A DNA stretch of 64,000 bases from an uncultured delta proteobacterium (lineage in GTDB: Bacteria > Desulfobacterota > BSN033 > UBA1163): positions 11,027 to 75,026 of the forward strand of contig CAWHBU010000008.1 in NCBI GenBank assembly GCA_963827685.1. Reading direction: 5' to 3'. A program made the translations under genes and the position numbers. The notes beneath the pieces are model-generated. The model made no database searches, was not told the DNA's origin, and worked only from the letters and a program-made list of their open reading frames with translations. Numbering within the stretch: position 1 is the first letter of the stretch; every line of letters starts with the position of its first letter. Positions 11,588 through 21,033 of this stretch are shown here, one piece after another.

Positions 11588-14500
11588 TAGTTGTTCCTCC
11601 GGTTGGTATCAGGTCGAGCAGTTTCTGGTAGTCGAATCGCTCCGCCAGGCTCCGCATCCCATCGGCAGCGTGAGCATCGTGAGTTGCGGCCTGCTGAATC
11701 AACTCCAGCATGCGATCCAAGTCCGCATTGATGGTGGCTTCGCGGATCTGACGGACGAGTTCACCCGGGAGACCGTTCAATGACTCCGGCGTTAGTGCTC
11801 CAAATGCCTCCGGCTCGGCGGCCACTGATACAGCCTCCTCCACGTAAATGTACTTCGCGCCCAGCAACCGGCCGATTTTCTCGAACAACTCGGTCTCCCG
11901 GAACGGTTTCGAGATGAAGTTGTCGGCGCCGGTGGCAAGCACCTCCTGCCGCGTATCCTCAAAGGCGCTGGCGGTCACAGCAATGATCCTGGTATCCTTG
12001 CCGCCGACACTGGCGCGGATGCGCCGGATGGCCTCGTAGCCGTCCACCACGGGCATACGCAAATCCATGAGGATCAGGCTGGGATTCCACATTTCGAACT
12101 CTTTAACCGCCTCTTCCCCGTCGGCCACTTGCCGAATCTGGAACCCAACAGGGCCAAGCATCTGGGAAAGGAGCTCGCGGTTGTCTTCTTTGTCGTCGGC
12201 AACCAGCACTCGGTACTGCGGTTGTCCGGGCTGGAGTCCTGTCACGCAGCGTGATTCCGCCTTCACGACCACGGCCGCCGGGTCCGCTTCTTTTAACGCG
12301 ATATTGAACCCGAAAAGGCTGCCCCTGCCCACTTGACTGCTGACCGTGATGTCCCCGCCCATCAGCCGTACAAACTCGCGACTGATCGCCAGACCTAACC
12401 CCGTGCCGGTTCCCGCATCGCGCCCGGCCTGCATCTGCTCGAAGTGATGGAACAACCGATCCATATCCTCTGCCGCTATACCCGGGCCGGTGTCCTCGAT
12501 TTCGGCCCGTAGACGAAGTTCTTTTGTCTCCTCATGTAGGGCACGAACGCGCAAAATGATCCCACCTTTCTTGGTGAACTTTACGGCATTCCCGAGGAGG
12601 TTGATGAGCACCCCCCGCAGTTTGCCCTCATCGGACACAACAAAGCGTGGCACCTCGCCTATGCGCTCCACTGAGAACTGCAGATTCTTCGCATCGGTGC
12701 GCGGCCGGAACATCATCTCCAGATCGTTGAGCAGTGCGTGGAGGTCGAAGGCAGTCGGGTTCAGGGTCACTCGACCGGCTTCGATCTTCGATATCTCCAA
12801 AATATCGTTGATCAGCGCCAGAAGGTGCTCTCCGCTCCGGTTGATGGTGTCAAGCTGCTGTCGCTGCCGAGGCGTGACGGTCGGGTCGCGCTGCATCAAT
12901 TGCGAGAAGCCCAGGATAGCATTCATTGGAGTGCGGATTTCGTGTGACATGTTGGCAAGGAAGATGGTCTTAGCGCGGTTGGCGCGTTCGGCTTCCTCTT
13001 TAGCCTTGTGCAGGGCGGCCTCCAACTCCTTCTGTTCAGTGATATCGAGTGAGACGTTGGCCAGAAAAAGCGGCGCTCCAGTAACCGCGTCTTTGATTAT
13101 GAAGCTCATCGTGTGCACGTCGGTCAACTGCCCGGTCTTGAGGTTTAGGTATTGCAGGTCACCCTCCCATGTACCATTGTTCATCAGTGCTGGCAGGAGT
13201 TCATTTTGAACCTTCTCCTTCAGGTGATCAGGTATAATCTGTATGATATTGGTTTGTTCAATCTCTGTGGGAGATATACCGAGCATCTTGGCGCCGGCCT
13301 CGTTGAGGAAGACCATCTTTCCGTCGAGGGTGGTCAGGTTGATGAGTTCGCTTGAGTACCGAACCACTGCTGCCAGTTTCTGCAGTTCCTCCTCGGCACG
13401 CTTGCGTTCAGTGATGTCTCTTAACGTGCCCTCAACGCCGATTGGCTTTCCAGCCAAGTCAAAAAGGACGTGTGCATTGGCAGAAGCATAGATCAGACGA
13501 TTGTCTTTCGATTTCAACCGAAGTTCATAATCAACGACCTCTCCCTTTTCTTGGATTGCCTTCAAAAGTCTTATTCTATCTTCCGGATTAAAATAGACCT
13601 CTCCAACAGATTTGCCAATCAGCTCTCCACGAGGATATCCTGAATATCTTTCTATAGATGGACTGATGTCAGTAATGTTCCCCTCATTATCAGTTTGATA
13701 GAATGCATCTTGAACATTTTCAAATATTTTCCTATATTTGTTTTCGCTCTCCCTCAAGGCCTCCTCAGCCTGCTTGCGTTCGGTGATATCTTGAGCCACA
13801 TACACGATTCCTCGAATGACCTTGTTGGCGTCATGCATGACCGAGGCTGAAAGCAGAACGGGTATTTCCCGACCATTTTTTGTCAGGTATGTTTCTTCAA
13901 TATTACTGACATGGTTATCTGTCAACATGGTCTTCATCCATGGATCTTTGCTTGACCCGTTCCCCCCGAAAATCGTTTCAACCGGCCGTCCGACAAGTTC
14001 CTTCTCTTCGTAGCCTAGAAGCACACAGGTAGCCGTGTTTGTTCTTATGATTTTATTGTCCGGCGAAACAACGATTAACGAGTTAATCATGCTCTTGATG
14101 ATGTTATCCACGTAATCTTTTGAAACGGTCGTCTTGTCCAGGTCTTCAGCCATCTGATTAAAACCTTCAAGCAACATCTGAACCTCTCCCGTAGCCTTAA
14201 CGGCAATCCTGGTCGAGAGGTCGCCTTTAGCAAGCCGGGCTATGGCATGGGCAAGCTCAGTGATCGGATCAAATATTATCTGTCTTGAGACAATAAACAC
14301 TACTGCAGCAAGCACAATCGCCACCATTACATTCAGAACAAGTACAAACAGTACCGTTTTCACAATTTGTTGATGAATATTGTATCGCGACATGCAAATA
14401 GTAACTTTGCCGATGGTATAGGTGCCCGTGAGAATTGGGACAGAAAGTTCTGTAATGGCCTCTTTATTCCTGATGGCTGCTATAATATCTTCAACCTCAC

Positions 14501-14867
14501 TCTTTTTTGACAGCCCTGCAAGGATCACCTTTAGTCTCGGCGACCGATAATTAATGCTGGCATATTGAGAGGTCACAAGGTTTCCCTGTGTATCATAAAT
14601 AGCGATATACATGATGTCTTCATCTTTATTCGCTTGGCTGACAATTGAATCCAGCTGAATGCTGTCCTTCATGATCAAAGGCTCTTGACTGAGCATCGCT
14701 ATATAAGATGCAAAGTTTTTCCCCTTGGTCACCAAGGACTGCCTGAGCATCTTTCCTTCATTGATCGCAATGACAGTGCTTAACAAAATGGTGCCAACAA
14801 AAAGGATAAGGAAGATCTCTTTCAGAAACTTATATCGGATGCTTTTTTCATAAGGCTTTCTGAACAT
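11565..14867 (-). CDS. Membrane hybrid sensor kinase (HAMP, three PAS, HisKA, HATPase, REC)
   Basis: Two TM helices, three DITE(R/Q)K PAS ends, MSHEIRTPMN, NAVKFT, GTGLGL, LILMDLRMP. Confidence 0.92.
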   Translation of the reverse strand: MFRKPYEKSIRYKFLKEIFLILFVGTILLSTVIAINEGKMLRQSLVTKGKNFASYIAMLSQEPLIMKDSIQLDSIVSQANKDEDIMYIAIYDTQGNLVTSQYASINYRSPRLKVILAGLSKKSEVEDIIAAIRNKEAITELSVPILTGTYTIGKVTICMSRYNIHQQIVKTVLFVLVLNVMVAIVLAAVVFIVSRQIIFDPITELAHAIARLAKGDLSTRIAVKATGEVQMLLEGFNQMAEDLDKTTVSKDYVDNIIKSMINSLIVVSPDNKIIRTNTATCVLLGYEEKELVGRPVETIFGGNGSSKDPWMKTMLTDNHVSNIEETYLTKNGREIPVLLSASVMHDANKVIRGIVYVAQDITERKQAEEALRESENKYRKIFENVQDAFYQTDNEGNITDISPSIERYSGYPRGELIGKSVGEVYFNPEDRIRLLKAIQEKGEVVDYELRLKSKDNRLIYASANAHVLFDLAGKPIGVEGTLRDITERKRAEEELQKLAAVVRYSSELINLTTLDGKMVFLNEAGAKMLGISPTEIEQTNIIQIIPDHLKEKVQNELLPALMNNGTWEGDLQYLNLKTGQLTDVHTMSFIIKDAVTGAPLFLANVSLDITEQKELEAALHKAKEEAERANRAKTIFLANMSHEIRTPMNAILGFSQLMQRDPTVTPRQRQQLDTINRSGEHLLALINDILEISKIEAGRVTLNPTAFDLHALLNDLEMMFRPRTDAKNLQFSVERIGEVPRFVVSDEGKLRGVLINLLGNAVKFTKKGGIILRVRALHEETKELRLRAEIEDTGPGIAAEDMDRLFHHFEQMQAGRDAGTGTGLGLAISREFVRLMGGDITVSSQVGRGSLFGFNIALKEADPAAVVVKAESRCVTGLQPGQPQYRVLVADDKEDNRELLSQMLGPVGFQIRQVADGEEAVKEFEMWNPSLILMDLRMPVVDGYEAIRRIRASVGGKDTRIIAVTASAFEDTRQEVLATGADNFISKPFRETELFEKIGRLLGAKYIYVEEAVSVAAEPEAFGALTPESLNGLPGELVRQIREATINADLDRMLELIQQAATHDAHAADGMRSLAERFDYQKLLDLIPTGGTTNGTTNES

Positions 14868-14909
14868 TGATCATTGCTCCATTCGGGCCATAGCTAAATG
14901 TCGTAGCAG

Positions 14910-15872
14910 CTATTCTATTGTCCTTGTTACCGTCTTCATAAGATTAGGCGGGATCTGAAACCGGCCTTTTTTGGCTGTCTTCATGTTCAGAATCACATCG
15001 GATTTTTTTGCAGATTCTATGGGAATAGACGACGGTTTCACACCTTTTAGAATCTTCACTGCCTTCTCCCCGGCAAGCTGGCCCATCGAATACGCGTCTG
15101 CGCACACGCCCAGAAGTACCCCTTTCTCTACCAGGTCGTCGAGGTGGGTTATTGTGATCACTTTAGCCTTGGTCGCCATATCCGTGATTACCGAAACCTG
15201 ACTGTCGACTAGATTGCTGCCGGTAACATAAATAGCGTCTGCGGTACGCAAGACTTCTGGAAGCAGTTGATTAACCTCTTTAATCTCGGTCAAAGGAACC
15301 GGGATAACCTTAATCTTATAATTTGCGTCAATTCTCTGCAGATCTTTCAGTACTGACTCGGAGTTTTTTTCACCTGGCGTATAGAGCACTGCCAACCTCT
15401 TTACCTGCGTAAAGTTTTTCAGGCTTTCCATAAGCCTCGGCATGGGAATCTTAGAACTGCTGCCGGTAGTGTTGTTTCCCGAACTCTTCCAATCCTTAGC
15501 TATTCTAGCCTCCACCGGATCATAAACCACGCTGAAGACTATCGGCACGTCCTTAATCTCCCGGCTAACGGCTACGGTTACAGAAGTGCCCAACGTGATA
15601 ATCAAATCCAGTTTTTCTGCGGCAAACTTCTTTACCAGTTCCGCTGCCCTTGCCTTGTTTGCACCCGCCTGTTCTACAATAAAAGTTGTTTTCGGCTCTC
15701 CAAAGCCCCCTTCTCTGAGCTTATCTTTAATGCCTTTTTCGGCCTCGATGTATCGGGCCTCTTCACTAAACATCAGGACCCCGATTTTTCTCTGTGCCTG
15801 CGCCTCCATGGAAAACAGAGCTAAAGTCAGAAAGATCACAGCACTAACCAAGAATCTTTTCATTGTCCGCAT
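14910..15872 (-). CDS. ABC-type periplasmic substrate-binding protein
   Basis: Signal peptide; DLIITLGT, PIVFSVVYDPV, SGNNTTG, LYTPGEKNS, KILKGVKPSSIPIE. Confidence 0.88.
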   Translation of the reverse strand: MRTMKRFLVSAVIFLTLALFSMEAQAQRKIGVLMFSEEARYIEAEKGIKDKLREGGFGEPKTTFIVEQAGANKARAAELVKKFAAEKLDLIITLGTSVTVAVSREIKDVPIVFSVVYDPVEARIAKDWKSSGNNTTGSSSKIPMPRLMESLKNFTQVKRLAVLYTPGEKNSESVLKDLQRIDANYKIKVIPVPLTEIKEVNQLLPEVLRTADAIYVTGSNLVDSQVSVITDMATKAKVITITHLDDLVEKGVLLGVCADAYSMGQLAGEKAVKILKGVKPSSIPIESAKKSDVILNMKTAKKGRFQIPPNLMKTVTRTIE

Positions 15873-16004
15873 ACCTTTCTACCCCCTTTATATCCTTATA
15901 TTTGTTAGATCGTTGAACTTCCAGATGGAATGCCCGATTATCTCTCCTTCTGTGTAGCATTTCATGATCCATTGTGGTTGGTTTCCTGTTACCAAAGCGG
16001 CGAT

Positions 16005-16211
16005 TTATGCCGGGTCGTTCTCTCCTTTCGATCTCCTCTTTCCACTCTTTAAAAACTTGTTTAGTTCTGTCTGGAGGACCCTCCAGCCACTCCCTACTTT
16101 GATGGCGTTTATCTTGCCAGCGCGGATGCACTTAAAATAGGTGGGTTTTGAGATCTTTAGGTATCTGATTGCTTCGTCCGTAGTTAAGACCTCATCGTTA
16201 CTTTTTCCCAT
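16005..16211 (-). CDS. Excisionase-like (HTH_17) DNA-binding protein
   Basis: VLTTDEAIRYLKISKPTYFKCIRAGKINAIKVGSGWRV. Confidence 0.85.
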   Translation of the reverse strand: MGKSNDEVLTTDEAIRYLKISKPTYFKCIRAGKINAIKVGSGWRVLQTELNKFLKSGKRRSKGENDPA

Positions 16212-16279
16212 AGGATGCCTTGTCTCCCTTTTCTTTGGTTTTATTAAGTTTGGTTTAGCGTGCTTGATTTTGATAGGCA

Positions 16280-16293
16280 GCAAGATATGTACC
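16280..16293 (-). promoter_or_regulatory. Putative sigma54 (-24/-12) promoter
   Basis: GGTAC-ATATC-TTGC about 70 bp upstream of the HTH gene; AT-rich IHF-like tract at 16320-16350. Confidence 0.55.
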
Positions 16294-16542
16294 GGAAAAG
16301 AGGGATGAAGGTTTCTGTTTTGTAAGTATTTAATTTAATAAGGATTTTTTATATTGTGGCAGAGTTGTTGACGGCGATTTAATACAGAAAGCCCCGGCTT
16401 AAAATGCCATTTTGTCCAAGGTATGACGAATCTTGTAAATCCAAGCTGAAATGGTGGCTCAGCGGGTACCCCTACAAGTATTCATTTCAAAATAGGCAGG
16501 AAAGTTAATGAGTCAAGTAGCGCGGTGGAATTTCCCTCGTTG

Positions 16543-16620
16543 AATGTCAAGCCGAAAGGACCACAAGATATGAAGGAAGGTTTTAGGCCAAGATCGCAGA
16601 TAACGATTACCAAATGAAAT
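16543..16620. repeat. Repeat family E, partial copy
   Basis: gaatgtcaagccgaaaggaccacaagatatgaaggaaggttttaggcc is identical to 18225-18272 and similar to 48829-48874. Confidence 0.8.
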
Positions 16621-16701
16621 GTGAATAATTTATGAAAAGAGGGCGGAAACATTTGTATCTCCGTCTATGGCTCTTTTAACTATTAGCCCACTAAGCTCTA
16701 A

Positions 16702-16853
16702 GGGTTCGACAAGCTGACCATTGATTCAGCCTGAGCGTACCGAAGGGCCACCCGCACCTTATCCGCTCCGTCCCTAAAGCTCTGGAGCGTCAGTGACTTC
16801 CCCCATCGAAAGAGGAGGAATGGGTCAGGGAGATTTCCAATATCTTTGGTTAG
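16702..16853. repeat. Composite REP-like palindromic cluster
   Basis: TTCGACAAGCTGACC..CCTGAGCGTACCGAAGGG hairpin followed by a CACCCGCACCTT..CCCCCATCGAAAGAGGAGG unit. Confidence 0.45.
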
Positions 16854-17164
16854 TCCTAAGAGCTTCTGACATTTAGCGAGATAGTTCCAGTAGCACCGCT
16901 TTTACCTTCTTGGGAGGGGAAATTTAGCTCCTTAATTCCTCCGATGATACATTGCTCCAATTTCTTTTCTGCCAGTTAGCTGTGCTTCCGAACCTTTAGC
17001 AAGTGGTCTTTTCTATGGTTTGAGGATAACATGCGATGTTGACCGAGGTGTTCTTGATGTAACCGGAAACAAGGCAGCAAAACGTTCAAAGGTGCCTTTT
17101 GGAGGGTTTTTTATGCAAGTGTGGGGAGACCCTTTTGTTAAGTTAATTGGAGGGTGGACCCAAT

Positions 17165-17524
17165 TTAATTATACTTTTTGGGCCACTGTTTGACGATTTG
17201 GATAATTTCTCTGACATAGGCGCATTCACATTTTGCAAGGCAGTGCTCGATATTATCCTTATAAAGACAGTATTGTGGACAATCTTCAGTATTGTCTAAT
17301 CTCCCGGAGAAGATTGGACCATCATAAAGATCCTTGAATTCACTTACCTTAATGGCGAGCGTTGTTTCGCAGCTATGATTGAAAAGAAATAAACCTTCTT
17401 CCAAGGAAGGAAAATTCACCTGGTAGCCGACAATATCAATTCCTGGATCCCCGACAAACCTCTCTCGTGTTTCCCATATTTGTCCACAAGATGAACATTT
17501 TTTGAATTCCTTGTCGGCAGCCAC
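17165..17524 (-). CDS. Cys-rich hypothetical protein
   Basis: 119-aa ORF, CxxC plus six more Cys, RBS upstream of GTG. Confidence 0.75.
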   Translation of the reverse strand: MAADKEFKKCSSCGQIWETRERFVGDPGIDIVGYQVNFPSLEEGLFLFNHSCETTLAIKVSEFKDLYDGPIFSGRLDNTEDCPQYCLYKDNIEHCLAKCECAYVREIIQIVKQWPKKYN

Positions 17525-17543
17525 TGTATACCTTCTTTTCTTT

Positions 17544-18027
17544 CTAAACTGCAGATCTGGAGTCTTTGTCCAGTACTTGCCTTACTTTTCCAGCTAGCCC
17601 TTCCAGCGCAAAGGGTTTCTGGATGTAATTGATCTCTTGCTCAAGGACCCCGTGATGGACAATCGCGTCTTCTGTGTAGCCTGACATATAGAGGACCTTC
17701 ATCTGTGGGTGAAGGAGCCTTAGAGGCTCATATAATGCGCGACCGTTCATTTTTGGCATCACGACATCGGTTAGCATTAGAGGAATGGGATCCCTATGCT
17801 TCTCACAGATACGTAAGGCATCATCTCCATCACATGCCTGCAAAACTTTATATCCCTGGTTCTCTAAGAGATAAGCGGCCAATTGCCGGACTCTCTCTTC
17901 ATCCTCAACCACCAGAATTGTCTCGCTTCCATGCGGAAGCTCTTCAGTGACCACTTTCTCCTCGAGATCCTCAAGGGCCTCCTCTACCCGAGGAAGATAG
18001 ATCTTAAAGGTTGTCCCCTTACCCGGA
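17544..18027 (-). pseudogene. C-terminal remnant (end of HATPase plus receiver) of a hybrid kinase
   Basis: PGKGTTFKIYLPRV...GSETILVVEDE..LMLTDVVMP..YMSGY..QKPF; the 5' part is replaced by the repeat at 18033. Confidence 0.8.
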
Positions 18028-18032
18028 GGATT

Positions 18033-18140
18033 TGTCTTCGGGGTCAGACTTAATTATTGAGATTTTTTCTTGCTCTCTTTAAAAACAAGATAATCTTTCG
18101 TTCTGTTCTTAAATGTCAATATTTAAGTCTGACCCCAGGG
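18033..18140. repeat. GGGGTCAGACTTAA...TTAAGTCTGACCCC palindromic element, copy 1
   Basis: 14-bp terminal inverted repeat; near-identical direct copy at 24131-24245. Confidence 0.85.
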
Positions 18141-18175
18141 TTTTTATCAAGTCAAAGTGTTCTTTTTCTAACGAT

Positions 18176-18272
18176 ATGATAAGAACTCGCTATCGGATGA
18201 GTTGAATGTATGAAAAACGGAGTCGAATGTCAAGCCGAAAGGACCACAAGATATGAAGGAAGGTTTTAGGCC
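18176..18272 (-). promoter_or_regulatory. Repeat family E with sigma70-like promoter
   Basis: TTGACA (18228-18233) -17 bp- TACATT (18205-18210). Confidence 0.55.
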
Positions 18273-18312
18273 GGTAGAGAAATAAACGGGACGGCTGTTC
18301 TATACTCCCCAA

Positions 18313-18492
18313 GGGTTTGAAGGTCTTGATGTCGGAGATCGAGTTCGCGTTGAGCTAATAGGGACTGATGTAGAACGAGGATTCATCGACTTTGCCCGAG
18401 TAGAAAGAGGGCAGGGGGATTGAGATTCGCCCGTCTCAGCAGGGGAATAGATCATTATATAAGTAGAAATTTATAATTTTGTGGACGCCCCC
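18313..18492 (+). repeat. Third copy of the RNB gene 3' end plus downstream sequence
   Basis: About 180 bp highly similar to 8959-9138. Confidence 0.88.
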
Positions 18493-18509
18493 CCTTTTTT
18501 ATCACAACA

Positions 18510-19163
18510 TCAAGTCTCTTCTGGCTGAGCCATCAACAAATTGGGTTGAATTCTCTTATTTCCCTCAATTGATACCCTAAATAGATTAATCAGCCTCAGT
18601 CTTTCGGATTCTCTCTTTTTTTCAATCGGACACAGTTGATATCGCAGATGAAATAAAAAAAGGAACGCATTATTTATTCCTCCCCCTATTCTAATTTCAT
18701 GCTGGTCAATAGGTGCTTCAATGTGTTGGTGTGTGTGAGGGTGACAGACTAACCCATCAATCACAGCTACCATGTCATATTCATCCATCCTTCGGATTGC
18801 ATCTTTGCGCCTATTGTGCTTCGTTAGAAATGATTGCTCCGGAAATGAAAAATAATGTGAATCAACACCATGTATCCACATCAACTCATTTTGCTTGTTA
18901 GCAGGACAGTATAAAAAATGTACCTCGTAATTGCCTATACCTGTGATATACATATCAAAATCAATACAAAACTGCTTACAGGATATTTTTACCTGGCCAT
19001 CTATAAACGGCTGTTTAAATGGGTGTTCTCCTATCTCCCAAAATTTCCCTAAGCTATTCCTATATTGCAGCAGCCACCGTTTTCGATCTTTTGAGCCTAA
19101 GGGACAGAAACCTAGCCGAATAGCATCACGCCAAAGGTAGGCACGAATGATGTCTCTATCCAT
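18510..19163 (-). CDS. Hypothetical protein, fourth gene of the Sir2-HerA operon
   Basis: Start overlaps the stop of the upstream ATPase; His-rich CHPHTHQH..HEIRIGGG motif; AT-rich like its neighbours. Confidence 0.75.
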   Translation of the reverse strand: MDRDIIRAYLWRDAIRLGFCPLGSKDRKRWLLQYRNSLGKFWEIGEHPFKQPFIDGQVKISCKQFCIDFDMYITGIGNYEVHFLYCPANKQNELMWIHGVDSHYFSFPEQSFLTKHNRRKDAIRRMDEYDMVAVIDGLVCHPHTHQHIEAPIDQHEIRIGGGINNAFLFLFHLRYQLCPIEKKRESERLRLINLFRVSIEGNKRIQPNLLMAQPEET

Positions 19164-21033
19164 TCGAGGACCCTCTTTTAGCATGTTTAAGATATTCTAA
19201 AACGATTTTTAGATTGTCTAGCACATTTGATTCGGAACTTTTCTTCTTTTGAACCAAATCCTTAAAATAATTTATATCAGATTGGATATCCTCTATACTC
19301 AGGCTTGCCAGTAGTTCATCTTCCAAAATAAATACTCGGAAAAGCTGACGAAGCTGGGTCCAAAAATGTAGGTTCCTTGAAAGACTATTTTCTGGAATCC
19401 ACCAGATCATTTGATGCCCGAGCAGGTTATCTCGCATTTTATCTATTTCAATTAAACTCTTCTCCTCCCATTTATTACCAATGAACTCAAGTGAGAGGAT
19501 ATCTGCATCCTTCTCCAATAATTCCAGCAACTTTATAACTGGAGGGATGACCTTGTCGTCTTCTATTTTATAATGCTTGAATGACTGATGTTCATAAGTG
19601 TTAGCCATGGCAAACAGATATGCCCGGGCAGCCTCAAGAACTTCAGGATTACGATACGCAACGATCATCCATTCAGCTCGGTCTTTAGACAACAAAGAAT
19701 TTTTAAGAATCTCTAGAATTTCAACCAAATTGGTTGCAATTGGCTGTTCAATTTCCGTTTTAAAAATCTCCCTCCATAAATCGAGTGAGATTATATCTCG
19801 ATTCAAATCCAGCCCAACTGGGCTGATGTGCTTCTGCTTAGCATAGCGCTTTAGATAACGCCTTAGCAATTGAACCTCCGGATCATTTATCTTCACCTTC
19901 AATCTCACGGAATAGAGTACAATAGGATTGACGATTGCCCTCAGTTTTCGTCCATCTTCTTCTTTTTTTTGTAACAATACCCAATTGCCATAGACTGCTC
20001 GCTGTGCCGTTTCTTTATCTCCGGGGAGAGATAATATCGTCGGTTCCAAATAGTTCTGCTTTCTTACCACGTTCAGCAAATCGTCATCGGGTTTAGGAGA
20101 ATAGGCAAAGTATTCCAAAAACAAGTTCCGAATGGCTTTAATAATGATTTCATCCTCTGTTCCCCCTTTTGCATTTCGCAGCGCCATAAGCATACGGATC
20201 GCCTGTCGAGGATTCCCGCCGGACCATTTCATCGCCGTCCCAATTAATTTATTTTCACTTTTGAAATAAATCCCCATTCTTTTTTGAAGCAACTTACGGA
20301 TTTCTTCTCTCTGCATGGTGTAGACAAGAAGCCACCGGTCTGATTCAAATGAAAACAGTGGCTGAAAAAGATGCACCACATTTAATTCAAAGAGTGTTTT
20401 CTTGGATAATAGGAACTTTAAGGGCCCTCTAAGATCGAAAAAAGCAGGGCTATCTGGGGAGTATTTATCAACCCCGGAAGCAAACAAAATAGGATTTCGA
20501 GTAATCTTTGTTTTAATACTTTTAAGTAGGTAAGAACAAGCTTCTTCAATGAACCCCGGCATTTCCGCAATTTTGTCCTGAACACTTTTTCTTTTTGAAT
20601 AGAGTTTTAAAGAAATCTTAGGAGGCCTAAGAATATCTAATAATTTTTGCCACTTTTGATAACCCAATCCTGCCAATTCCTCTGGTAATCTCAAAACGGA
20701 TAGATCGGCATCAAAATCAAGGGCCTTTTTGATCAGCTCAGCAAGTATGATTCGCCAAAAATCACCAAGAGAAAGATTAGATCCCTCTCTATCGAAGTGA
20801 AATTCCATGTCGGGTCTAATACCTGATGTGTGCCAAAGGTTTTGTATTAAAGTTGATTTTCCAGAACCAATCTGCCCCCCCACGAAGATAGCTTCTCCCT
20901 CATATTTCAACCAATATTCTAGCTTTGATAACAGCTGTTTTTGAACCGGTATATAGAGGTTCTGCAATTCCCATTCGGATTCAAGTGGAAGGCCCAAATC
21001 GAAATTTATCCCAGAGCGGTTTCTTTGCATCAA
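19156..21033 (-). CDS. P-loop NTPase with unknown C-terminal half
   Basis: Walker A GGQIGSGKST, Walker B-like ILFASGVD, SGGNPRQAIRML; ATGA overlap with the herA stop. Confidence 0.8.
   Translation of the reverse strand: MMQRNRSGINFDLGLPLESEWELQNLYIPVQKQLLSKLEYWLKYEGEAIFVGGQIGSGKSTLIQNLWHTSGIRPDMEFHFDREGSNLSLGDFWRIILAELIKKALDFDADLSVLRLPEELAGLGYQKWQKLLDILRPPKISLKLYSKRKSVQDKIAEMPGFIEEACSYLLKSIKTKITRNPILFASGVDKYSPDSPAFFDLRGPLKFLLSKKTLFELNVVHLFQPLFSFESDRWLLVYTMQREEIRKLLQKRMGIYFKSENKLIGTAMKWSGGNPRQAIRMLMALRNAKGGTEDEIIIKAIRNLFLEYFAYSPKPDDDLLNVVRKQNYLEPTILSLPGDKETAQRAVYGNWVLLQKKEEDGRKLRAIVNPIVLYSVRLKVKINDPEVQLLRRYLKRYAKQKHISPVGLDLNRDIISLDLWREIFKTEIEQPIATNLVEILEILKNSLLSKDRAEWMIVAYRNPEVLEAARAYLFAMANTYEHQSFKHYKIEDDKVIPPVIKLLELLEKDADILSLEFIGNKWEEKSLIEIDKMRDNLLGHQMIWWIPENSLSRNLHFWTQLRQLFRVFILEDELLASLSIEDIQSDINYFKDLVQKKKSSESNVLDNLKIVLEYLKHAKRGSSNG

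Noticed and set aside
16005-16211. Excisionase-like gene as evidence of a prophage
   Set aside because: No integrase, structural or replication genes; it heads a signalling operon.
8959-18492. RNB tail copies, or the receiver duplication, as DGR template/variable repeats
   Set aside because: No reverse transcriptase in the window, and differences include C/G changes rather than being confined to adenines.
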